A stretch of 60,768 nt of DNA, filler included, from Sphacelaria rigidula (GCA_964200075.2; 6 parts of 6 records of this genome joined end to end with filler, not necessarily neighbours in it); one strand, 5' to 3'; shown: positions 12,347 through 24,291, counted from the first letter of the whole stretch. Program-made: numbers and translations. The notes: generated by a model from the sequence alone, not told the origin.

Positions 12347-15300
12347 GTATGTGGTGTACGATGATCACTCAGCTCTGGTGCCTCAGCCAAATATCGCCAC
12401 GACAGTTGAATCACGTGCTGCTTACCCTTGTCACATAGTCGCCAGAGAAAACAAGTCTGAAATCGATTCAAGATGAATTTTCGGAACAGAATTTGATCTC
12501 TTCTCGCCCCCCTGCGCACTGGTACAACAGTGTGCAACCCCAGATTCAGGGGCATGGACTTGTTGACTGTGGTTTACACTACACGTGACCGAAGTTTCAG
12601 GGCATTGTAGCGCGGACAGCGCGCGTGCGATCGTGCCCCCCGAACTAAGCACCTACGTATTCTCGTCCTAGTGATATGTGAATCAGTTACATACAGGTTG
12701 TCATGATCTAGAGGATGGCCCAGTACAGATCGATACTGGGTGTTTGTTTCACCAGCGCTGGCGCCGCCCACTCATGATGTAAAAGTTAGAGCACCAGCGT
12801 GTTCAGGCATTCACTCGCGGTGCGCAAAGCCTGAGCTACGGGAAGACCTGTTTTGAGAGCTTATCGACAGTATTGCCCTCAATCTGTGTTCGCCATTTGT
12901 ATTTGCTCTCCAGGCCCGAGCGTGCTGCCGATTGGTTCGAATGCTAACTGTGTCGAGCTTGACTAGTATAGTGCGCCACGTCTTATGGCTGATGCTCCAG
13001 CCAGCCACGGTGCAAAAATCCATAAACGAAGGTGTTTTTTAAAAGTGCACACTTCAGGCAGCTCATGAGCTGCCGCAAATAACTGATCGAAGAGGCTCAG
13101 ATCTGTCGAGAACACAGAAAGTACGTGACCGCGGGGTCAGAGAAGCCTAGCGCTACCTCTCAATTGCAGGTCGACTAGGGTACGTGCTTTTGAAAACTCG
13201 GGTAAAATACCCGGGTATCTACTCCGCCCAAGTTCGGGTAGATTGGGTATAATGATAATGCTCTATTCAAATATTTGGTAAGCACTCTTAGCGATACCTG
13301 GGTATAGAGCATCACTTGTGTATGACCTCAGTACACCACCCGAAATTGTGTAAGGTGGGTACGATTTTTATACTCTACAAATACCCGATTTTTGAGTGGA
13401 TTGAGTACAATTTCAATACTGCTCTACCCACATATTTGAGTACAGAGCGCAACGGATGTTGAGAATTTGGTAGTTAAGAATATCGGGCTCGTTGAGAAAA
13501 TTGAGAAAATAAGGGTAAGCATTTGTGCTGAACTCAAGGGGGAAAATAAGAATTAGATATCGAAAAGTGCAAGGGGGTCGGCAGGTAAGAATCTGCAAGA
13601 ATGCACTGCACCCCACAATAATAAGAAAGTACCTCCACTACCACCATGGCTACATATAGCCCCCAAGCAAGTTGCCTCCTCTCTTCAACTGGCAAACAAC
13701 ATTGATATCCACTGGGCCACCCCATGAATGATGACAATCTGTACGAAAGTCATACAGTACTGTACTGTATTTTGTTCCAATTTTGTTTTTCCGGTACAAG
13801 ACTGGCTTTTTACGTACTGCTTACTGCTGGTGCACGGTACAGTACTGTACCTGCAGTCCCTCTTGGCAGAGGTTTTTACCAGAGCCTACCAACAAACAGC
13901 AGAGGGGGGGTACGGTCGGAAGGGGCGGGCAGAACAGCCAGCGCGGAGATCCCGAAACCGGCCGGGAAAACCCGGCAGTCAGTAGCAGGGGGCGGGGGTA
14001 TTAACGCCCAACGTGCGTAATATAGACCATGTCGATTGAGTGGCTGTTCTGGCTACAGTAGTACAGTGCTACAGCATTTTTGTAGTCGTCCGGGATGGGC
14101 AACACGGACTTTTATCACTGCAATCCTGGAGAGCTTCGTCACATCATGAAAGTCTAGTGAAATACAGTACGAGGGATATATGCGATGAGCCAAACATGAT
14201 TGTTGACAATCGCTCAGGGAAACAAAAATACTGTATTGGATGCATGTGTACCACACAACCCAACATAATCAGAGCTCAACCTGAGGAATTTGGTGGCCCC
14301 GCAAACTAAAAACACACTGCTGGAGCCTTGGCTGCTTGTCAGCTGTGCACGTTGTACGTGACCTTGCTTAAATCTGTTTGGAAAGCATTGAGAAATGACT
14401 TGTGTCGGACGCGCGCGCAGCACACGCTCACAAAACGGTCAGCAACGACACGTTTTCGATTGTTATTGACACGCACGCAAGCCACCATTCGTCCAATACA
14501 AAACGGATTTCCGTCAAAGACCGCCGTGTGTAGATTAGTAAGGGCTAGCCGTGAAACTTATGCGCGTGAGTGGTGGGCTTATGTGCCTGTTTTTTCGGGG
14601 CTGGGTGTTTAGTTTTTGTGTTGCCTTGTTGCGTCTTGTTCTGCAGCACTCCACAGACCTTGGACTAACGACCACTTCCAGACCCGCCGCATTTATTTAC
14701 CTGCGTGTAGATCTGGGGTCCAATCTGTACGGAACTGCTTCTGGATAGGACTCAGGACCGGTCGTTACGGGGGCGATCCCCTGTCAAAAGGGGGTTGCTA
14801 AAAAGGGGGTGATCCCCTTCGATAAGAATGGTCCCAACAAGAAGTACTATTTCAGGTGGATCATGAGCTGTCCGACGTGTGAAAAAGGTGAAAAAGTGCA
14901 GTATGAACCATAAAAAGATAAATCAAGGCCGGTTACGCCGCACATCCCACGTACGGGAACATCCTGGCGTCATATGGGAACCTTTTCGGCAGCGCGACAT
15001 CGATCGGTACCGCAGGTGCAGGAGGGCTCGTGAGCAAGAAAGGGGTTAGGGTTAGGTACATGGCCCTCCGATGCCTCTTTTTCGTAGTGTCGACAGCAAC
15101 GTCCATTGCAGATCGAGGTATCACCCAGATGCAAATATGGCGCACCATTGCGGGTGCGCGTTAAGGTGTTGATGCAGTCGCTCCTGTACGGCCGTGTTTC
15201 AAGGAGACAAGAAAAAAAGTGAGCACGCGCCATGAGAGTTGGAGTGATCCTGGCTTTTTTCCTGATTATTTTTTCTTTTGCCCTCCCAATTGGGTGCCCG

Positions 15301-15722
15301 TCAGCTATTAGCTCTCAACCAAAACACAGGAAGGACAAAACAAACTCCATCACCAAAGCCGCTAAAATTACTCTCATCCTCGTGGTGCGTGGTTTACTTT
15401 GCTTGTCTCGTTATAACGAGCCCTCAGCAGCATGTCAGGGTTGACGAAGGCACATTGTTTCGTACTCATCGCATTTTGCGGACATTTCGGACTCTTCAGC
15501 GGGAATTTGATGTCGGACTCATCCCAAAACGGACAGCATCGACGGCGAACCGAAGATCAAATTCTGCAGCCAGCTGTAAGAACTAGAGAAGTGCTGCCCC
15601 GTGTGTGGCCCGTAGCCATCACCGGGGACTGGCGAGCGATCCTGCAAAGAGTAGGACTTGAGGGTGTTACAGTCCTGCGCCACAGTAAAAAGAAACGAAG
15701 ATACATGCGAATGCCCGCAGAG

Positions 15723-16022
15723 TTTTTTTTTTTTTTCTCACACTTCGAAGCCCTCCCCTTGCTCGGGATGAGTCCGTGGTCTCAAGGGATCAACCCATCT
15801 CTCCTCCGGTACGTGCCTTTCATTTTGGTCTCGCGGATTGCATCAGCACTCCCGCACCAACTCATGTCGCACGAACCCCGTCCACTACTTTGTTTACTCA
15901 CGTTCTCACGCTTTCCACGGTGGAAATCATACATAACGAAGAACAAATCCAACGCATCGGGAATCGAATCCCCGTTCTCTCCACCCTAATGGCGACAGTC
16001 GAACCATTACACCACCGGGGCG
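15723..16022 (-). mobile_element. SINE family A, full length with poly-A tail
   Basis: Reverse complement begins CGCCCCCGGTGGTGTAATGGTTCG (A box), has GGATTCGATTCC (B box), and is colinear with 58291-58610. Confidence 0.85.
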
Positions 16023-16307
16023 AGTACAATCATAGTATATGATTTCAGCTGGAACCAGCCGCAAAGCAGGCAAGGGGTATTATCGACGGCTCTCCTCATT
16101 CGACGTGGGTTAACCGGAGTCGGGCTACACTCTATATCCATGGTTGACACATTTTACGACTGTCGCTTACCCTAACCCTAACCCAAGGCATACCGAGAAC
16201 CCTCGGGCAAGGGAGGTGCGTAGGGTTTTCTGGGCAAAGTGTGGCGTTGAAAGACCTCGAACCGGTGCCTTTGGCGCCGATTTGGACGAATGCCCGTTCT
16301 GCGCACG

Positions 16308-16400
16308 CTGATTGATTGATTGATTGATTGATTGTCGCACTTTGACTGACTCCCCAGGGGTCCAGCCGTTGTCTCATGATAGACGTACGTACCCAAGAAA
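16308..16400 (-). mobile_element. LINE 3' stub with (CAAT)n tail
   Basis: rc: cttgggtacgtacgtctatcatgagacaacggctggacccctggggagtcagtcaaagtgcgacaatcaatcaatc; similar to 17670-17770, 19795-19895 and 59160-59268. Confidence 0.7.
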
Positions 16401-16922
16401 AACGAAACTGAAATACGCTCTGAGGGAAAGAAGGAGCAGAAAAAAAAAAAGTCGAACAGAACGTCATAAAAGACTAAGTCGTAACAAATTAAAAAAATAG
16501 TCAACACAAGCAAAGCACAGAAATTAATGGCCGACCTAAAACAAGGAAAAAATGGAAGAGAACTAGGAGCACAAAGGACTGCCAAGCCCGACTGAAGATC
16601 CGATTATCATTTTCACACTTAAATCAAGTAATCCAAATTTTAAAACCCAAGTCCGGTCAACTCTGCTGTACATTCCACATCAAATCCCCGCAATTTCGGA
16701 GAAGAAAACTTCCTGTCGAGGGGTGCACGAAAACAGAAAAATACACCTCGTACACACTTTTTGTTTGGACCTCTCAGGGAGGGGTAGGGTAATCGTCCGA
16801 AATGGTATTTGTCCAGATTTTTAATTGGGTTTTCCATCGGAAGCGGCCCAAAGAAAAAATAGGGAGAAAAGAAGAAGAAATGAACTAAATAATGAGCAGA
16901 ATGAGATGACAGAATTAATTAA

Positions 16923-17287
16923 TGAGTTGGTAACCTATGAACCTTCTGACGGTGGGGTCGTGGGTTTGAATCTCGGTGCAGTCACACGATTCGGGATTTT
17001 TTCTCACACTATGCCCAACAGTGTAGAGCGACTATATGTATGTCGTGGGTATACAAAAATTTGACTTCACGGTTGACAAGGGAAAGGGCCCGCTGATCGC
17101 CTCTTGCGACAAAAAATAAGGCAAGCACCGCATAAGGAAGGTGGAGAACCAAAAACAAATAAATAAAGAGAAACTCCTGTGTTGGCCTCCCTCCTGTGTG
17201 ACCCCGTCTGAATCGTCCCCATATACCGGAAGGAATAGACTGACGTCCAGAATATATGGGATGACAACACAACAACACCACACACAA
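16923..17287 (+). mobile_element. tRNA-headed SINE family B copy (slightly 5'-truncated)
   Basis: Colinear with 26788-27143; CAA/CA-rich tail. Confidence 0.8.
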
Positions 17288-17629
17288 TGGATACAAATAG
17301 AGGGGAAAATAAGTAAAAAAATGAAATTAAAATTCCTGATACGAGTAATATTGAACAATAAATACGTGAAAACGAAACAAAGGCTCACCTCGGCATGCCT
17401 TTTCGAGGTTGATATCATTTACCACGGTATCCAGCCATCACGGTAATGCGCGGTAAAAATTTAGATGGCAACCGGTCTCCCTTGGTACTCATCGCTACAG
17501 TAACAAACCAACTTATTGTGTGCAAGGCAAATTTTGGATATGTAACTGGTCACCCCTGTACCCGTCGGGACAGGAACCAGCCGCACCTTGGTAAACCACG
17601 GTAATTCTTGGATGATAACGCTTTGTGTT

Positions 17630-17770
17630 GCTTGTTTTTTCTTCAGCGAGTGCATCAGTTTTCTTTTGTCTCGGGTATGTCCACGACGTGACCACGGCTG
17701 CTGGATCCCTGCGGGGTCAGTTAAAGTGCGGCAATCTTTCCATTTACCAGTCAAACAAACAATCAATCAA
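17630..17770 (+). mobile_element. LINE 3' stub with (CAAT)-type tail
   Basis: cgtgaccacggctgctggatccctgcggggtcagttaaagtgcggcaatc...caatcaatcaac. Confidence 0.65.
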
Positions 17771-18400
17771 CGTGCCACCCTGGTACTCATTGGTACGGGA
17801 ACCAGCCATCACGGTAATGATGATGTGATTGATGATGTTTATGTTTTTTGTGGTGTATTTCTTCAGCGTGTGGCAGCCCGCAGTCGTGACTGATGCCTAT
17901 GATAGACATCCGAACAACACAAAGCGGTACGTGAACCCAAGGTCGACCGATTGTTTGCAAGACTTGACTGATGAAGCATAAATACAAGCTTATTCTCCTG
18001 AACACGATAGGCAAACTGAAGCAAGCTGCGACACAACACGAGCATCAGCAGGTGCGGCTGCAGCAGCAGCAGCGGCACCGCCGCTCGCGGAAGAACTCGC
18101 TGAGAAAGACGAAATAAATCACTTCACAGCCTCCGCTGTCGGGGGCGCCGCCGACAGCTCCGTCTTTGCTCATGGTTGCTTGCCTTCGCTCAAGTGTTTT
18201 GTTTTTTCGTGCTTCAGCGCTTCGTTCGGCGCGCGCGTGTTCACCGACTGAAAAACTGTAAGATCCTCGCAGGGGCAGGGTCCTTGAAAATAAAGACTTG
18301 TCAAACAGTACCTCGTACGACAAGATGCAAAAAGGCAAAAAGAAAAGAAAAGAAGAAAAATCTACAGTGTTACGGTGGGGATTGAATCTCCCGACGTATT

Positions 18401-18538
18401 CACACCCTGGACAAAAGAATACACAGTCAGAAAGTGTACTGCGTACGGTATGGACTATTGCGCCTATTGCAATAGACAATAGATTCCATACTGTATGCAG
18501 TACATTTTTTTACACTAATTTTTTTTTTCCAGGGTGTG
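18401..18538. mobile_element. 138-bp MITE, TIR CACACCCTGGA, perfect 8-bp TSD GACGTATT (hAT-like)
   Basis: gacgtatt|cacaccctgga...tccagggtgtg|gacgtatt. Confidence 0.85.
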
Positions 18539-19022
18539 GACGTATTCAGCATGTTTTCAAGTTTTACCCGCTCACCGCGGCCCTACCTACTGGGGTAACG
18601 TACTCTTGACTGAACAGTGGAATAAATTTTGCTGCTAATGGTGGTTTCACTTTCTCACGGTAACCATTCAACACGGGGTTTCACAACAAGTTGCGGACGG
18701 CGAATTTTTAGGATATGCGTTGGAAACCTTCATAAGCATCGAAATGTATGTTACAAAACTGCCTCAATTCGCCCGAAAGAGAAGCTCTTGGGACAAAAGT
18801 TGCGAGTCTTCCTGCTGAAAAAAAACGTATATCTTTTTCATATATAGATATATATATGTTTATTTTTTTACTGGTCCCTTCAGAGTGGGTACTCTTTCCT
18901 CTCCTTCATATTTTACCGCTTCCCTCTCTTTCTCCCGTGTCAGCTTGATTTTTTTTTTCTCTTTGCGACAACAGTGTTTCGGTCCGTTTTTTGTTCACCT
19001 TCAGTAGCACGAGGATATGTTT

Positions 19023-19161
19023 CATACCCTGGACACAAGAATACACGTGTCAAAAAGTGTACTGCGTACAGTATCGACTATTGCACCTATGGCAACCGTC
19101 AAAAGATTTCATACTGTACACAGTACATTTTTGTACAAAAAAATCTCTTGTCCAGGGAGTG
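19023..19161. mobile_element. second copy of the same MITE, 8-bp TSD ATATGTTT/ATAAGTTT
   Basis: atatgttt|cataccctggaca...tgtccagggagtg|ataagttt; internally colinear with 18401-18538. Confidence 0.8.
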
Positions 19162-19264
19162 ATAAGTTTGACTTGTTGCGACTATCGGCTGGATTTGTTG
19201 TGAATCACTTGCTAATGTTAAACCTTCGACATTTCGACCAACAAACCAATTCATTCAATCACAG

Positions 19265-19554
19265 GATGCTGTGGTGGGAGTTATCCAGAACATGTGACAT
19301 CGTTGATTTCGGGAGAGGGAGCGGATGGAGACGGACGTGAGCAGGTGGATGGGGGTGCTGGTGGTGACGGCAGCCACGGCGACAGCAGCAACGGCGGCGG
19401 CGGCAGCAGCAGCAGCAGCAGCAGCAGCGCAGCCAAGCCGAACATGTTTTTCTTCTTGATAGATGACATGGGATGGAACGATATGGGATATCAGTCGACC
19501 GACTTGTCACCCTTTACGCCGAACCTGAATCGACTTGCCGCTGGTGGGATTAAG
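19265..19554 (+). CDS. exon encoding the start of an S1 (formylglycine-dependent, arylsulfatase-type) sulfatase domain; gene truncated by contig end
   Basis: cacag|GA TGC...; KPNMFFFLIDDMGWNDMGYQSTDLSPFTPNLNRLAAGGIK matches the canonical PN-hhhh-DD-G..D-G...TPN-D-LA..G N-terminus; donor AAG|gtacgt. Confidence 0.9.
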
Positions 19555-19794
19555 GTACGTGGAGAAAAGACATTGACTGTATCTCAGAGAAGAACGGTGG
19601 ACAAGGTGCATAGATGGTGCAGAACAAAGCTAACCCAGAAACCGCTGTATACCGCACATGTATATTTTTATGTGTACATTTGTGCGATGCATCGTGTGGA
19701 CGCTCTTGTATGATTTGATACGTGCATTAACAGTCAGAAACTGTGGTACATGCTGGTCGATTGTATATGTCGTGGTACGTCACATTCTTTTTTT

Positions 19795-19895
19795 TATTCA
19801 TTTGACTGATTGACTGACTGATTAATTGATTGTCGTACTTGAAACTTCCCCGGCGGGGATACAGCTGCGGTTACATGATGGACGTGCCCAGGATA
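19795..19895 (-). mobile_element. LINE 3' stub with CAAT/CAGT tail
   Basis: rc: cctgggcacgtccatcatgtaaccgcagctgtatccccgccggggaagtttcaagtacgacaatcaattaatcagtcagtc. Confidence 0.6.
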
Positions 19896-20190
19896 AAAAT
19901 AAAATGGAAAAATACTCGCTCGCTGAAGAAAAGTGGGGAAAAAAATATATTGAAAAAACAGGAAATGCTGAACAGAGGAAGTAAACAAATATATATATAT
20001 ATATATTTATATAAGAGATTGAAAAAGAAGCACCAGAACGAAACAAAGACATATAACAAAAAAACAAAAATAATTCTTACTAGTTTAGCGTCGTGTGTGT
20101 ATATATATGTGTGAGTATGGTGGCCTTGTCTCACCTGTCTTTTCCTGGTTCTTGTCCTTTTTTATCTGCTTTTTTTCCTTCTTTTTGTGT

Positions 20191-20290
20191 NNNNNNNNNN
20201 NNNNNNNNNNNNNNNNNNNNNNNNNNNNNNNNNNTTAATTAATTAANNNNNNNNNNNNNNNNNNNNNNNNNNNNNNNNNNNNNNNNNNNN
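20191..20290. other. artificial contig spacer
   Basis: N44-TTAATTAATTAA-N44. Confidence 0.98.
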
Positions 20291-20395
20291 CATTCATCAC
20301 GAGTCAACTTATAATACTAAAACCAAGTAATTTCCTGACAATTCATTATTTGTCCTAACCGTGCAGGATTTGATATCTTGCAAGCAAGGAAAATG

Positions 20396-20545
20396 CCGCG
20401 CCCGGGTGGTCCAGGGGGCCCGCTATCAGCATCAGGGTGGAGAAATCGTACGTTCGATTCCCGATGCGTTGAGCTTCTTCTTCCAAGTATCTGGCTTCCA
20501 CCGTCGAAAGCGTGAGTACGTCGGTAAGCAAATATTAGTTGACCG
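20396..20545 (+). mobile_element. SINE family A, 5' half
   Basis: gttcgattcccgatgcgttg...ttccaccgtcgaaagcgtgagtacgt matches family A. Confidence 0.7.
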
Positions 20546-20587
20546 GAAGGCGCAGGTGGGGGAGGGGGTCGGAACTTTGAATGGGGG

Positions 20588-20591
<4 letters not shown>

Positions 20592-20675
<84 letters not shown>
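20592..20675. repeat. compound microsatellite (CT)n(CA)n
   Basis: Directly visible. Confidence 0.97.
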
Positions 20676-20677
<2 letters not shown>

Positions 20678-20727
20678 ACGGACCGGACCGGACCGGAACT
20701 GTCCCGGACCGGGCCATGAAAACTCAC

Positions 20728-20929
20728 GTGAAGGGACTGGGAAGCCAGAAACTCCCCGTCGAACGCACCGTTGACGCGTGCCGCCTCGCACTCCACCTTA
20801 CCCGTCACCCGCGCCCCTCGCTCGATGTCTACGCACACGGCCGTGATGTTCCCCTCGAACGTCCCCTGAATGATGACCAATTCGGCCCCCTTTTTCCAAG
20901 TCAGCGGTGCGAGAAAAGGAGGGGGATAT
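20728..20929 (-). CDS. exon encoding a bactofilin-like (DUF583) beta-helix segment
   Basis: catgcag|A TAT CCC...CTT CAC|gtgagt; ELVIIQGTFEGNITAVCVDIERGARVTGKVECEAARVNGAFDGEFLASQSLH has the repeating h-x-G-x-h-x-G-x-h pattern. Confidence 0.75.
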
Positions 20930-21254
20930 CTGCATGCATAAACACATGATAAAAGAAAGGTGGTCTAGGGTGTAGTAGCCATAGGGTAGTATTGGACGAT
21001 GTTTGAGGGTAGCTTGAGTTTCCATACATTGTTGTAATACAGAGAATATCCGAGGATAGCTGGGATGACGGGTCCCATTTTTTCAAAGCTATTTTTTCCG
21101 TTCATCAGTATTTCTTCTCGAGTTTGGGGTTCTCCCCCTGCAGCGGGGGCAAGGAAAGGGGGTTGAGGATGGGGGCGTACTCATTTGTTGCTTACCTCTG
21201 TCAGTTCACCAGTGGCCACGCATCCCTTCGATACGGAGCACTGTTGAAAATAAT

Positions 21255-21337
21255 CTCGGCTCGTGTGACTCCAGCGAGGTTCAACTCACGTCCCAACCGT
21301 CAGAAGGTTTTGAGGATACCAACTGAGCCACCGGGGC
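21255..21337 (-). mobile_element. SINE family B head fragment
   Basis: rc: cgccccggtggctcagttggtatcctcaaaaccttctgacggttgggacgtgagttgaacctcg. Confidence 0.7.
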
Positions 21338-21409
21338 GGGCGGGGGGCGGAGGGCGGACGGGAATCGACCAAATGGATTCCCGAAGAAAAGTAAGTCTTG
21401 AGAGATTAC

Positions 21410-21492
21410 TTGAAACCGCAAATAACAACTACGACGAGGTCGGTGTCGGCTTCCAGCGAACCGTCGATGATGCCTTCGCGACACTTGATGTA
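21410..21492 (-). CDS. upstream exon of bactofilin-like gene
   Basis: tttcgcgcag|TAC ATC AAG TGT CGC GAA GGC ATC ATC GAC GGT TCG CTG GAA...TTC AA|gtaatc; YIKCREGIIDGSLEADTDLVVV; phase 2 matches the 20929 exon. Confidence 0.7.
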
Positions 21493-21774
21493 CTGCGCGA
21501 AAATACACATACTGAAACGCGGTGTCGTTGTACGTGCATCATACGCCAACCTACCGTGTTACTTTCGTGCGGACGTTTCCACGGTTTGGACGAATCAGAG
21601 TTCAAACGAGTTGGCTCACTATCTCCCCATGAATGCTGAGCGCACCAAAGAATCGTCCGATCTGAATCACGGATGATAAAATTGTACGTTCAAGGTCCTA
21701 CCGCACGGATCACAAACTTGGAATGTGTACATTCCAAGTAGTGTCACACGAATCAAAAGCGCAAGATATGTACG

Positions 21775-22070
21775 AATGACAATTCCTGTATGAATAATTG
21801 GTGGGACACATGTACGCTTGATTCATCTCGTATGAATGGAAGGTGAAGAACATGTGCCAATGATTCATGCTGCATGAATGAAAGAGAGGACGCGCGTGAA
21901 CGCTTGACGCACGTCGCATGAATGGAAGGTGGGGAAAATGTACTCATGATTCATGCTCACGAATGCAAGGTGGAAAACATGTACAAAAATCGCGTGATTC
22001 ATGCTGCATGAATCAACAGGGGGAAACACAGCATGTATTTTTGATTCATGCAGTACATGTGAATGCAAGG
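21775..22070. repeat. degenerate minisatellite (units like catgtacgcttgattcatctcgtatgaatggaaggtggg), recurring at 23145-23378
   Basis: Repeated tgattcatgc / tgaatggaaggtg motifs. Confidence 0.7.
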
Positions 22071-23544
22071 TTTCGTGTTTTGTCTGTCGTCCACAGATTG
22101 TAAAGTCATTTTGCTGTACAGGTTGTCTGTTGTCCGCTGCACTGTCCTGTCCGCTGACTGCAGTGGGCGCTGCCGAGGTGTTTCCGAAAGCTCACGCGAA
22201 TATGCGGGGACAACTCTTGCAGTACTGGTGCTGTGTGAAGCTGCCTTCATCCTGTTTCATATATTCAGGCCACACACGCGGCCATTTGGCTACCCCACAA
22301 ATTCCTCCAGGTGGGTAAACGTCTCGATTCTCCAGAGGAATTGAACGCATCCGGAGGGGTGCGCGGCCCTCCAGAGGAGATTTTTTGGGCACCTCCAGAG
22401 GAATGAAACGCCTCCAGAGGCTTGTTTGTGCCTCTGAAGGGCCGCGCATACCCCGAATTCCTTCGGAGGGGTGCGCGGCCCTCCGGTTCGGTAGTGTTTG
22501 GTTTCCTTCAGAGAGGTTGAAGGCCCCCGGAGGCTTGCTTTGCAGCTGTACCCAGCACAAAATATGAAAAGCAGAGAGGTGTAGCTAGATGAAACCAAGC
22601 CACAGGGTTTCAGTATAATCGCATGCATGATTCAGAGGCTACAGAGGTCATTATAATAGCTTAGCTCGGGAACATGAACAGCTAGAATAATCGCTCTAGG
22701 CGCTCAGATGCGTGCTGTGCCATGCTGTACCGTACTGCCTGCGGATTGCAGCGCACGATCCAGGAGTTTTCCCGAAAATTCCCGCTAGCATGCGGAGTCG
22801 AATTGTGCCGGTGCTGTGTTCTTCGCAAGCGTTCGTGGTACTGTAAATACAGTATATATTCAGGTCAGCTGTACCACAGAGCACAACATGAAAGCTCAAA
22901 TGGAATCACAAAGGCTGCCAATAGCATAGCTCGGGAGGGGAAAATGACTTCAAGGACCGCGTTGGGCACGCAGACACGTGTATTGTACTAAAGTTGATGT
23001 ATTGTGTTACGTGCGAGAATGGAATGTTTGAAATTTGGTTCATTGCGGATTTCGCTCGAGGGTTCGCGACCTGTACGCTCTGTTTGCCTACCCCAGCTGC
23101 GAAAAGGCCGCGCCACCGAATATTCGCGCCCCATGAAGTGACAGGTGGGGAACAACATGCTCTCATGATCTATATCATTAGAACAGCACAAGATGGGGAA
23201 CATAGATGTATGATTCATGCTGCACAAAAGAAAAAAGTGGACGCATGTACACTTGATCCATCTCGTGTGAATGGAAGGTGGGGAACATTCGCGTGTTGCT
23301 CATGCTACATGAACGGAATTTGGGGAAATTTGTACGCTTGATTCACCTCGTATGAATGGAAGGTGGGAAACATGTACCCACCGGTGCGACCGTCTGCCGA
23401 CTAAAATATGAAAATTAGAAGCCGGCGCCTCATGAAAAAGAATACACATATAGGGCGTAGTAGCAGCAGCAGCAGCAGCAGCAGTCCAGAGACAGTAAAA
23501 GGAAAGTACAATTTTATGGTGGTCGTCTTACTTTATCCTCGCGA

Positions 23545-23745
23545 GAGAGGTTCAGCAGTCCCTTTCCCTGATCGACCGAGAAATCGAATTCTGGATTCTG
23601 TCTACCCACCACATACTACTGTAGTCGCCATCCACTGTTGAACATGGTGTGAGATAAAATTCCAGGTCGTGTGACTGCACTGAGGCTCGAACCCACGTCC
23701 CAACCGTCATAAGGTTTGGGTTACCAACTGAGCCACCGGGCCGAC
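23545..23745 (-). mobile_element. SINE family B, 5' part
   Basis: rc: ggtcggcccggtggctcagttggtaacccaaaccttatgacggttgggacgtgggttcgagcc...ctcacaccatgttcaacagtgga. Confidence 0.75.
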
Positions 23746-23784
23746 CGTCTGCCGACTAAACTATGAAAAATAGAAGCCAGCGCC

Positions 23785-23787
<3 letters not shown>

Positions 23788-23823
<36 letters not shown>

Positions 23824-23931
23824 CTCCACATTAAAAACCGTTCCGATATCTGCGCGGTACGTTCGTACTGAGCATCTGATGCGGAAGCCTTCCGTGGTCA
23901 CAGGCCAGCTACCTATAATAAGGTATGAACC
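23788..23931 (-). mobile_element. 5'-truncated LINE (second family) 3' stub with (CAA)n tail and CCCAT TSD
   Basis: rc matches 52000-52135 (tgtgaccacggaaggcttccgcatcagatg...gacaacaac); CCCAT on both flanks. Confidence 0.8.
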
Positions 23932-24148
23932 CCCATGACAAAAAAAACGCATGTGTGGCAGAGTAGTAGTAGCAGCAACAACAGCAGCAATCCATAGATA
24001 GTAAAAGGAAAGTATAGTCGAGACGATGTGACATGCCGGCAAGATCACAACATGCTCCCCGCGTGCGCCGAGATTGAACGGAGAGTCATTCCGCACAGCT
24101 CATCCAACTGAGTATGATGCCGATTCAATTTCCAAGAGAAAACGATAC

Positions 24149-24291
24149 CGGTTCCACGAAGGAATGCGAGGCCTGTGTACGGTAAGAGGTGGCCTCTCCG
24201 ACGATCAAAGGCCCCCCCATCCAACGAGGACGTGCATCCAACGTCAAAATGTCATGGAGAACACAGCGCGGAAAGGGTATGCACCCCGAAC
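24149..24291 (-). CDS. probable further upstream exon of bactofilin-like gene
   Basis: ctgctcag|GT TCG...CCG|gtatcg; contains PLIVGEATSYR, resembling the first bactofilin strand; phase-0 end fits the 21492 exon. Confidence 0.5.

Noticed and set aside
15042-16185. TTAGGG/CCCTAA telomere-like words at ~15045 and ~16170
   Set aside because: Only about two units each, interstitial; insufficient to call a telomere or an element boundary.
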